Source: Balanoglossus misakiensis
Lineage: Eukaryota > Animalia > Hemichordata
Reading direction: 5' to 3'
DNA: 64,000 nt
Assembly: GCA_040954595.2 (NCBI GenBank)
Contig: CM082582.2
Location: forward strand, 13,304,327-13,368,326
In this document: positions 13,591 through 25,833 of the stretch, piece after piece
Layout: each line of letters starts with the position of its first letter
Position numbering within the stretch: the first letter of the stretch is position 1
Translations under genes and position numbers: made by a program
The notes under the pieces: generated by a model
Told to the model about the DNA's origin: nothing
Database searches by the model: none
Seen by the model: only the letters and a program-made list of their open reading frames with translations

Positions 13591-16500
13591 TAGGCCTATA
13601 ACAACATTTTTTTCCGAATATGTTAAAATGTTTGGCGTGTGACATTTATCGAAAGCGTTTAATATAGCAGCCAATTTGCATAGAATGCCATCTGGTTGTT
13701 GCTACGATTCAGTTATCCACGAAACTGACACTGGTGTCATTATCCGATTTTTTTTCAATGGCGCGAGAACAATAGAACCATGATCATACTCTAATGTGCT
13801 GTTGAAACACAAAGAGGGGATTTTTCTCATTACCTGTTGTTGAAAGGTTGAAAATAGTAACTACATCTGTCACAAAAATAATATTTAACCCTTTATTGAG
13901 ATGGTGTGAATTGATCACCTTGTCAACCGGTAATTTGATCTCAGTATCATGCGAGTTTATTGATGCGCATTTAGATTGTTGTTTCCTTGTACTCACCTCT
14001 CGATGACGTCACTTGCAGTGCCAAGGTAACTAAAAGGGAAAAAATACACCGGATTTTCAGTCAATAGATACACGTCCCTTTTGATGTATTTAGTGTGTTC
14101 TATTTTGTTCATGTTGTGTTTGCCAATTCCGGGTGGACGTGGCACGCGTTCGGTTAATTGTTGGATCCGACGGAAACAGTCTAACGGCGGAAATGTTCGC
14201 AACAATTGCAAGAAAACAGATTACTCTGCCTGTGTGACGTAGATGATGAGAAGCGTGTGTGCATTTGTGGGGGGCATGGGTGGGCGAAGGTTGATATGCA
14301 GTCTGTTGTGGATAACCTATTCAATGTCAGACCCTGATGCAATTAGGCGCACGCACTGAAAAGAGTATATAGACTCACCTACGAACAGGGAAATTCCTGC
14401 GACAATTCCCAGGCCATGATTCCCTATGTTGTTATCGACTCCCATGAATACTGTTGACGGTTCGATAAAAACGCGGAATAAAATCCATCCGGCGAGGTGC
14501 TTCAAATGACAAAACATAGAAATTTAAAATAAAAACACTGCTACTAAATAAAAATTTTGACGTGGGTGGTAGCATCAATTATTATTATACCGTAGATCTA
14601 AAAGTAGTCTTTTCTGCTTCCGTATTACGCGATACACAACCTACCGTGCCACTGACCATGCCACGCAGTGTAAACGGCACAGCAAATCTAATTCTGTGAA
14701 TTGACGAAGACAACTGAAAAGGATTGCTTTGATGATGCGACTTCGAACAGAACAGCAGACACGGTATTACAAAGGATATTGTCTTAATAACAGAGCAAGA
14801 CGGTGACCTCTCGCATGACCCTACAAACGGCGATAACAAAAACATGTTCCCCGTTCAGTTGTCCGTCTCAGCTTTGGTGATTCCTCCGTAAAAACGGAAA
14901 GCGAATAATTCAGGCAAGCTTTCTTGGCGTGACCTTGGGAATAACCATTTAAACACATGCGTACACTATTCGAACGTAAATATCAAGCAGCAATATGTTC
15001 TTTATTTGCTTTAACTGCAGGACTCTTTCAACGACTGGTGTAATTTTAACCGTGCAACACGTAGAGAGAGACTGCGAGCTATGGCTGTTTGATGGACCAC
15101 TGCCATCGACATTTTAGGGCTGCGCTTGCTGATAATTATCATTCGTACATCGACGATTAATTTGTTAATGCGCCAAGTAAATTGCAGTTGGCATTTTGCA
15201 AAAAGCTATAATTGCTAATTGGGACGTATTAAAGCCAATGTGTTGTAAATTCCACTAAAAAGTGTTCAGCTTACCCCAGAATGTCACGGCGTTTAAATTC
15301 ACCACGCCATATGTCCTTGTTGTGTGTGAACGTCAATGCGTTCTAATTCACCGCACCATCCTTTTTTGATGTGAGCGTGAACTTCATTCTTCGGGAAATG
15401 ACTTGGTGTAGACACTGTTATATGAACACAACACGCCGCAATGCTCGGTTTGTTCTGAGTTAAAGCTTGCTGTTCTCTGTCATCAATTCAGGTCGACGAC
15501 GTGTGGGTGTAAAGGCCACACTGTTGTTTGTCCCAGCTAATGACACACGGTCATCGAATACAATCCAAACCGGTCTGTTGTGTGTTCCTTAGAAACTGTT
15601 GATCGTGTGCGGAGATTTCACGAAGCAACCGGTGAGTTGTACACCTAGTACTATTAGAATGGTGCTCGTCTCTCGCTGTCGCTTATTCGCCTGACCCAAA
15701 CGCAGGCGCCCCCAACGACTCGCATCGTATTAGCACAACATGAAGCACACTAAGATATATTTTCGGCTATATACCTCAAAAGTACCAGGATGTGAAATCG
15801 TGGAGAGGTCACGAAAGTGGCCTATATTGCGGCATGTTACTATATTTAGATAATGCATGTACAAGGAAAGTTAGCTTATTATATTTGCTGGTTACCATTA
15901 TTAATGAGAATACTAACATTATCATAATGGGTTATCATTGTGCTTTGGTCTAGGTCATCGTGTTAATTGGTAACAGGTGCATCATATAGCGATCGCGAGT
16001 CTGTCGAGTCATAACTCAAAATTCCGAGAGTTGCATCACACACACAAACACACAACATGCATGCACACATTTTGTTTTCTGGACACAACTTGCCAATTCA
16101 ACAGACAAGGAGCCTGTGTTGTTTATGCTGTGAATATTGGATGATTTTTCAAACAGAGCAAATGCATTCCTAATTGAGAACACGGTCACCCTTAACTATC
16201 TAATAGGCATGTTTTTCTATCATGTGTATTTTAATTAATTTTGGGTACGTTACTTATCAATTTATTTTATATTTGCTTCACATATTGACTTCCCCGTTTT
16301 AATGGACAAACAACTTCCTTTTGCGATCGTGATCAGTGAATTTACAAAGATAAAAGTATGTTCTTGTAAAAGAGTTGTATTAAACATACACAGACTATAA
16401 ACAGTGGATTGTTTGCACAGGGCTACATTAATGGTTCTGTCAACAGATGTCTTTTCGATGAAGTTGACTTTGGGGAAACGAGGTTAAATGTATGCTTTCT

Positions 16501-16628
16501 TCGTTACCATAGAAACCCTGGTTGGACTGAGCAGCTGCAGAGAATGCATACACGTTTGTTTGAAACCACTTTACGATTAAGTTGGCGGCCTGTGTCTTTC
16601 GGACGCCGATGCCCCTGTGAAGTTGAGG

Positions 16629-17029
16629 ATGGCACCGTCTTCGCTCTGTCTGCTTTGGGTGAGTCAACTTTCTGAAATTCACATAAATGCAGTTATCAGC
16701 AGCATTTTTTTTATCTTTCTGTGTATTGAGATAACTTGGCCAGTTCACGCACCAACAGAACGGAGAAACGTGACGCATTCCTATTAAAAATTTCTCTCTT
16801 TCACTGAATGCTTATCATCAGGTACTGGTTCTGATGTGGTACCCATCTGGACGTGTGACGTCGGCGATGGCGATTCACAGCACCGGTGCCATTGCTCCTA
16901 CAACCCCGGCATCAACTAGCGGTCTCCCGAACTCCACTTCAGCAGGCGACGGTGTCCAATCAATCACACAGAGCATCGGGAACAGTCAGATGACTACCAC
17001 TCTTTCTCCTTCAAGTGAAGCCACAGAGG
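16629..17029 (+). CDS. Signal-peptide plus Ser/Thr-rich stalk exons (5' exons of the adhesion GPCR cluster)
   Basis: 16629-16658 (MAPSSLCLLW|gtgagt) plus 16822-17029 (VLVLMWYPSGRVTSA..TTTLSPSSEATE g|gtaagt, phase 1). Confidence 0.7.
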
Positions 17030-18047
17030 GTAAGTACATACCAAGCAAGGTACCACACTCGATGTTGCTATGACAACACATTTGGTAGATCCCAGAAGCA
17101 TGTCCAGAAATAATGGTATAGTTCAGGCTGTGCCTTTATTCGAAATGTGAAACTTGTGATGGTGCAGTTATTTCCCCCCAGCTATTTTTATATTTAGAAT
17201 ACCAGCTGACAGAACATTGAGGAATGTTGAGGTTATCTGAGAGATTGTGCGATTTTGCGAGAGTTTGAAGTTTAAAGTATCCCCACGTTGTTATTAGCAA
17301 ATACCCAAATAGTATTGATGAGTGGAGGTAATGCTATTGTAACTGAATTGGTCCAATCGATCGGTGTTTCTGTCCTACCACAGAAATACAGGATGAAAAA
17401 AAAACATAACTTTGTCGAAGCTTTGGTCGATTTTTATTTTAAAAGGAGCTTTAATATGCAACAAGTCACTGAGATGATGTCATGTGTAACCTGACTCTGT
17501 AAAACTCGAGATTCCATATCATTCGATATCAGTCGACTTTAGGGGCGCAGTTCAACTCAACGACGTCATATAATTTCGGCCAGAAAATGTCGCGATGTAA
17601 TTTGCATATTGACGTTTTGTCGTCAGTGATAATCGATGACTCGAACAACCCTAACAATTGGCGCAGTTGTTATGTACCGAAAGTTTGACGAAACATTCCT
17701 TTATTCATCGAAACCTTTGTCAAAGTGCGATCGAAGTTAAGGTTTCGGAATACAGGTATATGCAAATTGCTACCGTTTCAGAATAAGCCTACATCCGATC
17801 GTATGAATTATTAATCGAAAAGTAGACCTCGAAATGATTTCAGTTCGGTCTTGACAACAAACGCAAACTTGCAACGCTTCTTGGTATCGGATAAGCAGCT
17901 GTCTGCTTTTGTCGACATTTTCGCGTTTGCGACAACTTTTGCGCGAAACGGCTTCGATTCGTCAACTTCGCCTGCCGTACCCGTACAGAATGTGAAGAAG
18001 TTTGCAATAATCTTTTGAAATAAGAGCCCGTCTTCCAAGATGGCGAC

Positions 18048-21000
18048 ATGAAGACGAAACATAAGAATGAGAAGTCATTTGTTTGTGTGCTGGTAAGTCG
18101 ACATTATTCGCACAATTTTTTACATTTGAAGAAATTCAATTAATCGCAGATGGTGTTGCATGGACATTCAAATATAGTCTGGTTGCATCTTGGGGGGGGG
18201 GAGAAACACACAGAGAGAGGTTTGGGCCGTTTGGGACGAGACATCCCATCTTGATAACATTTGCATAACTTCAACCCCATGTCTAAACCACTTTGAAGTA
18301 TTTTGTGATTAAATGTAACTTTCTTTTCTTCCAGGAATTTGCCCTTCTGGTTTTGATCTCATCTGTATCGATAACAGAAGGTAAGTTTGCGAAATACCGA
18401 TCAGAAATGTTTGTCTGTCTATTCTTCTTACCAGATTATCCGGATAATCGATAAATGATAAAGATGGCCGCGTTGGGAACTGCTACAAGAGACATTTGGT
18501 TTCCCCGTCCGAATATTAGATTTACGGAGTTTAATCTTTCCTTTGGCAGTTTTATGCAAATCCCAGATCTACGCATGAGTTAAAATGAAGACAATTGCGT
18601 AGTACTCTTTTGTTCGCATTTGAACGATTGCCAAATTAATAAGTGAATTTACGACGAAGTTTTATTCATGATAACACCGGTATTACAATCTTCTCTCAGG
18701 TCAAAATAACTCGGATAATGCCACTACAGTAGCGCCCCCGGCGGGCGAAGCTGTCACCCAAATCTACCTCGGTACAACAGATGAACCAACCTCGATAGCC
18801 TTGCTTATGCAAGAAAGATCGGCCTCATTTAACGCCACGTTGACTGATGTCCTGAGTTACTTCGCAATCGAACCAGTACAGGTAATAAAATGTTTTTTCC
18901 TTCTCTTTAAGAGTGCACAGCAGTGAAAACCGTCGTTTCAAACAGCGAATGTAAAAATGATTTATGTGGCAAAGTGCACTGACAAACTCGTTATACCCAC
19001 AATGGTAATATATCTACAATTGAAATGTGACCACAGGGATGCCCAGGTTAATCTGTTGTATGACGTGTGCTTAGTGCGCAATGTATTGTGGAGCTCAAAA
19101 TTGGCTGCACATGTACTGTATAAGCATCAATTTGGTTATGGAACAATAAGCAGAGTTTATCAATCGAATTTTAACCCATCTTTTGTTTTTGTTCTCAGAA
19201 AATTAACCTCATTTTCGACAATGACGATTTCATGGATGACGTCACAACGCGGCCGAGTTTTGGCGACGCAGAAGAAACTAACTTGCTACTCTCGTTAATG
19301 CTTGACGTCACGGAAAACCCGGATGTGACTCTGTTACCTCACGAGCTGATGGTCACTTCCGCTTACCTGTCGGATCTTGCGCTCTATTTGTTCAATAACA
19401 TTGACGACCCGCTGGCAGAGTACAAAGATTATGGAGACTTGTCTGGTCTTGTCAGGGTAAGGGAGTGTCCTAAGTTCACCTCTGGGGGGGGGGGGGAGAT
19501 TTTCCATTTTCTTAGTGATTTTTTCCTGTGCCCTCCCTGAATATCCTCCGCCCCTGTAAAATTTGAACACTCCCTAAGTGTGAACATTGCTTGTGCTATC
19601 ATGGTAGTTTTATAGCACCCAAAATTTTATTTTCTTCTTTCAGAATTTTATGCGAGTTGCCGGAAGTCTTTTCAGGGATGAGTATGACAGTCACTGGAAA
19701 CAAATTCGAAAGGTAGGTGTTTCCCAACTTTTCGAATTATTCATTTTATGACAAATCTCGTCAATCTTCAAGCAACAATCACATCATTGCAATCCACAAT
19801 ATACTCCCCTCACCACGTACACCCCCTTTGAAAGTAAAAGTTATATATTTATATTGTAGGTATTATACGGTGTGTCTGATATCATAGCCACCATGGAAAA
19901 ATTCTCCATCGCAATATCGAGTCTTCTGACGGAAGATCAAGAAATAGTCACCAGTGGCTCCACCATAAGTAAGTATCTATGCAATAATTGATCAGTCGTG
20001 ACCTTTCATTCTTCTCCACGGATTATTGAATACAATGGCGAATTTTCAAATATTCACAAGATGCCTGACGTCCCCACAATCTTTCAGTTTCGCCAAAAAC
20101 ATTATTCAGTGATATCGATTAACTCGTTAATTTGCCTGAGATAATTTTGCGGATTTTTTTTCACAGAATTTTATATGAAACGGCTGACGTGGGCTGATGT
20201 CAGAACAATGGGGTGGAGTTTTGAAGGATTTGATTCAAGTCAAATTGCAGTTTCCACTGAATATATTCAAAATATGACAATTTCCGGTAAGATCATCATA
20301 CTATCTGCCTAATATTCTCCACATTGAAGATTTTTATTCTCGATGGGAACTCCTGAACGTGTATTATGGATTTAGTTTTGATGATGGAAACCACTGCAGT
20401 TGTACAACTACATGTACTCTACTTTTTTGCAGACGACAGCAGTGTTGTCATGTTGGCGTTTCAACTGACCGGTCTCACTGACTACTTCGGGAAGAATAAA
20501 ACCAAACACGCCACCGTCCCAGACATTAGTCAAGCAAGGTAAACCGTGTTTGATTGTTCATTATTTACATATGACGTCAGATGTACCTGCGGCCATATTG
20601 TTTATTATACGTCAGAAATTTCAGCCTTGTAGAGTAAAGTGGTACAGCATGGAGTGAAATGGAGTAAAGTGGTTTCCCTTTTCCTCACATGTAGCGTGAC
20701 GGAACCGCGGATGTTATCAAATGACACGATGTCCTTAATGATGATAAAATACCCTGACATGAGTGGTACAAGTTTACCAGTGACATACACGTTGAATCAC
20801 GATTCATCGGTGAGTACACTTTCGTTGTTTATGCTCTATTCTTTTACAACCTATGTGTGTTATGTATTAATTATATCTAATGTTGCGCTATATATTTAAT
20901 TATTGAACTTTTACTATTTCGCTTAATAGCTTTCATCAAACGAAGATGGACTGTGTACTTTTTGGAACTTTACCCGTGGGTGAGTTGTGTTTCTTATCCA

Positions 21001-24000
21001 ATCCAACTATACTTTTGGCAAGTTGAAGATGACCTGGCAATTCCCATACCAATAACCAAATCACAATTTTACGAATTCCTTTGAAAGGCCAGACTTTTAA
21101 GAATCTGGTTGAATACCCTAGAAATCGCCGTAATTGCATTCTCTTCTTCGTGACGCTCTGACAGGCAAGACGTTGGTGGAGTATGGGACAACAAAGGGTG
21201 CACAGCAGTAAGCTCAACAGCCGACTACACCGAGTGTGAATGTACGCATACCACCACTTTCGGACTCAACGTCATCGAAACTGAAATAATTGTGAGTGAA
21301 CCAACAATTTTTAACATATATTCTATGCAATTAAATTACGCAAATATCCCGTTGGAAATCAAGGGCACTTACACTTTAATGAACACGCATAGTGAGCATT
21401 TATAGCAGGTTTGATATTAATGTTACTTTTTTCTCTCGTCTGTCAGGTTAACGACCCGCATTCATTCAATTGCTGGGTTATAATTTGGGCATGTGGTATA
21501 TTTTCGATTGTGCCATACATCATCTTATTGGCTGTAGCGATATACCTAACGTAAGTATTGTTAGTGTGTGTTGTAAATTTGAATTGGATAATAGCAACCC
21601 CCCTCGATACCAACTTGAAACCTCTTTATTGTTATTTTGCAGGACATTGAACAGGAGGAGGAGACTGTGTCTGATCAATTTTAGCGCAGCCAATATTGCG
21701 GCTCTATTACTGCTGATGTTCAGTAAAGTAGCTAAAATGAATCAGGTGAGATTGACTTAAGGTCATCCGATGGTGTCATAGCTGCAGTCAAACCACAGAT
21801 GATTGATACACCAAGATGGTGTGATTTGTTTCAATGTGAGAAGCCAGTCTATGGGGAGTGTGCACACATTAAATATAAATTCTATACGGTTTGACGTTGT
21901 TCTTTTACTTCAACTTTCCCGATTTTTTATCTTAACAGTGGGCATGCATGACGTTGAATATTCTTATGCATATAACCTTGCTGTCGGTATTCTTCTGGAT
22001 AATGTGCATCGGTCTGCACGTGACCACAAAAACTACGTCATGCGTGAGGTCGGAGGTCAGATCATTGCACATGATCATCATAGGCTGGGGTAAGTGGTGA
22101 AACCATAGACAGTAGATGGTGAAACTCACCATCTTTACATTTGTACGTTGGGTTATTCCGTACCATTCGGTAACAAGTGTTTCGTAATTTCTGTTGGATA
22201 ATCCTGCTGAATAGTGTTGAGTTTTTAATTTCGCCTCTTGATAGTTTTATCATTTGCTTTGGATTTCAGCTCTTCCGGTTGTAACTACAGGAGTGACTGC
22301 AGGTGTCCGTTACTCTGCGTTTGGTTATGGACAGGAGTAAGTCCAATTCTATTCTTATTTGTCCACTTTATGTCATAGCAACAGTTCTTGTCTATTTGCC
22401 AAATGATGTCACCAATACATTGGTTTATACCGTTTTTTCTTGACTTGTGAGATTTCAAATCACCATTTTACCTAACAAAAAATGAAAATGACCTGGGTAA
22501 TCACATCCTTAAGTCATATTTCAATCACAGCAGACCCCTATTCTAAATACATTCATTTTATTTCTCACTTGAAGCTGTTGGATGAATGCAAGTGACCCGG
22601 CCGTTCAGGGACTTCTCTTTCCGGTTTTAATTGCTTCAGCAGTAAGTATCGAAAAAGAATTTTTTTCTCCCAATTTCAGTTTTTTCACTATCCAAAAATG
22701 GCCATACATTACAAATCGTTTGTTCTCATGCACACGATTCTTTTTCTCACAGATTTCAGCCATAACTTTGGCCATCGGTCTGAGGGCGATCATCATGTCC
22801 GGGAAATTCATGCTGTTTGAGCGGGAAAAAGAAGAAATCACTAAAATGAAGTAGGTATCTGTAGGTGCATCGAGAACTAACTTTGACAACTGGATGAATA
22901 CAATTATTAATGCCAAAACCTCAATATCTGATGACGTCACGTGGTGTATTTTATTTCTTTCTCCACAGGGGCCTGTGTGTAATAAAACTTGGTGTCTTAC
23001 CCATCCTGTTAGCGGTGTGGGGATTGGGATACATGTCATTCAAAGGAATTACTGGCCTCAACTACCTTTTCGCTCTCTTGGTGTCTTTCCATGTAAGTCT
23101 GCCTTTTCTGATGACGTCGTGTTCACACTTCTGTTGTGACGTTTTGGTGTAGTCACGTGACAAGTTTTGAAGCGACGCTAGCAACAGATGATGTATGTAC
23201 TGTTCACAGTGTAGATCTGATGAGGAAACTCGCATGAAAAGAAAAAGTAGATAAATTAATTGGAAACTGTGTAACGTGTTTATCTCTACTGATCGTTAAT
23301 AAAATAAAGACGTTGGGATTATATTCTTTTTATATGTTTGTTTGTCCGCAGGGAATACCAGTTGTGGTGTTACATCTGAAATTGAACGGCGAGGTAAGTG
23401 TCACTTGGATGGAACCACGGCCAACTGACCACATCAAACTCTCAGACCGAGCAAAACATTACTTGTACATTCACAACACGAATTTTCTCTTAGAGCTTGA
23501 ACAACCTGCGAACATGTTTCAATCAGCAAACCATAAAAGATAATGTTTTACATTAACAAAATGGCAAAGCTAATGACCATACATGTATATTATTCGTTTT
23601 AGTTAAAAGTGGCGTATGAGAATCTGCAAGAGGAAAAGAAAAAGAAAGAGAAAGAAAAGGATAGTGAGGTAAGACATGATGTAGATTTTGCTGAATACTA
23701 GTACTAGAACAAACAGAGCATGTTGTGATTTCGGTAACAGGATACTCCTTTATCTACGGGACATTCAAAGACAGATCGCAGAAACGGAGAAAATGGCCCA
23801 ATGTCACGGTTTTAGTTCGACTGAATAAAGTAGTTCTAGCTGTTTCTAATTTCGCTGATTCACTCTTTGTCACAGGAGGAGCGACCTGTATCGTCGATAA
23901 GCAGACCAGATTCAGGTAAGTGTTTCTGTAATGGTCCTGAAAGGTCTTGATCTTTTGTCGATAACTGAGCCAGATCACAGACCCTCGAGGACAAATAACG

Positions 24001-25313
24001 GTGTAAAATGGAAGATCCCTCCGCGGTCAAGCATGTACAAGTTATAGATGATTTGGCAATGGTTTGTGTGTTGTGCACCTCTATAGTCATAGTAATTCTT
24101 TGGTACTGATTAATTTCTCAGCATTAACGCTGGAGGATTACTATTCGGACGAAGACGAGTGGGACGAATGGAATTCCGAGTATGGATCACGACCGGAAAC
24201 CAACATGGTAAGTTTGACGGTCACGTGATTTTGAAATTCATTCGGAATGGCTGAACGACTGTGGGTGCGATTTGGCTCATTTCATCCAATAAAGTTGACA
24301 ATGTGAACAATGTTTGAACCTGTATTTTACAGAGCAATGAAACGACAGTTACCACCAGGGACATCGAATTCGAAGATGATTATTATGGCAAGAGAAAATC
24401 TTATGGTCAAAGAAACAGAGGTATCTATGGCAACCCTGAGGATGCGGAAGATTTCATGGAAGAGCTCAGGAGGAAACTGGAGTCCCCAACTGACAGCCGA
24501 GACGGAACTCCGGATAGTCGCACGGAAAGCGCCCGAAGCGCCATCTCTCCCACGAAGGAGAAGACTCTCGACGAACCGGACGAATTTGTCAAGGCTTACT
24601 TGATGAAGACGAGGGGAGAAGCGTGGTATAAAGAAAAGTTCAAATCAAATGGCCATGGGAAAAGTAAAGATCAACCCACGGCCTTTGAGAAAAAGGCAAC
24701 ACTGCCTTTCGTAAAGCAGCGCCCTCAGAGTCGCTCCGACAGTCGTCAGTCGACAACATCAGCAACGAGTAGGAAGAGCGTGACGAGTACGGCAAGCAGT
24801 AGAGTGGGCAGTGGAACAGGTAGCCGACCTGGCAGCCGGGGAAGTGAAGCTAGCCGGCCCGGAAGCAATGCTAGCAGTCGTCACAGTCGACCCGGAAGCA
24901 CCACTAGCGTTAGCGGACGTGACGTCAGTCGACCCGGAAGCACAACTAGCATTAGCGGAGGTGACGTCAGTCGACCCGGAAGCAAGGGTAGCCAGGGAGG
25001 CAGCAACAGCCGACCTGGTAGCAACAGCAGCCGGGCTAGTGATGCTAGTCGGTCTGCCAGTCGACCCAGCAGCAACAAAAGCCAAAAGAAACCAGAAGCT
25101 CGAAGCGTCAGTCAGCTGTCTGGCTTAGGTGTGATTCAGGACGAGGATGAAGAAGAGTACGACCCAGGCCCAGGGGATTATGATGAGGATGGCGAGGAAA
25201 ATGAAGGGTACGATGATGATGAAGAATATTACAGTGATGAAGATGAAGGCAGTTATGACGATGACGAAGAGTATGACGACGAAGAAGAAGACGATGAAGA
25301 AGACCAAGTTTAA
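18048..25313 (+). CDS. Adhesion GPCR A: signal peptide, GAIN/GPS, 7TM, long Ser-rich and acidic tail
   Basis: Signal exons 18048-18092 and 18335-18380; GAIN exons from 18700; GPS exons 20930-20979 (CTFWNF) and 21165-21291 (WDNKGC..ECECTHTTTFGL); hydrophobic 7TM exons ~21448-23392; last exon 24333-25313; AATAAA at 25437 and 25653. Confidence 0.85.
19458..19577. mobile_element. PIF/Harbinger (Tourist-like) MITE
   Basis: TIRs gggagtgt (19461-19468) and acactccc (19567-19574), flanked by a TAA duplication. Confidence 0.7.
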
Positions 25314-25833
25314 TGTGTATTTTGATCTAATTATAAGTTCAAAATTATTTACAGACTGAAAAACATGATTTCAAATGAGAGCAAAGAAAGACCAGAAATT
25401 TTTCAGGCGATCTGAAGTGGATATTAGTACACTATCAATAAACACTTTCTGCAAAACCGATTGTTACTATAATTTTCTTTATAGTTAAAAAAAAATCCTT
25501 GTCGTGGTCTGTAGTCCAAATACTGTCTTTTGTTTGTAAATGTCGACCTTTGTTTCCCAAGTGAAGTAGTGCAATGAAAGTTGTCGAAATGTCTTATTTT
25601 TCTGCATATATTTACAACTTGTAGACTTTGTATATTATACCGTAGCAACAGAAATAAACAGATCTTTGACGAACCTTACGCATTTCTGTACTTTTCTGTA
25701 AAGTTGGCCTCATGGCTCATGTTAACAATGACTTTTGGATATTTTTCGTAAATGTCAATGCTCTAATTGGAATCGATCAGTGATTACTGGAAACGCTACA
25801 GTATGCTTAATTTCCCCAACTTTTCTGCCACAG

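Noticed and set aside
13442-13674. Poly-Thr/Ile and poly-Val ORFs
   Set aside because: Microsatellite artefacts.
24759-25359. Overlapping antisense and alternative-frame ORFs
   Set aside because: Shadows of the low-complexity tail of receptor A.
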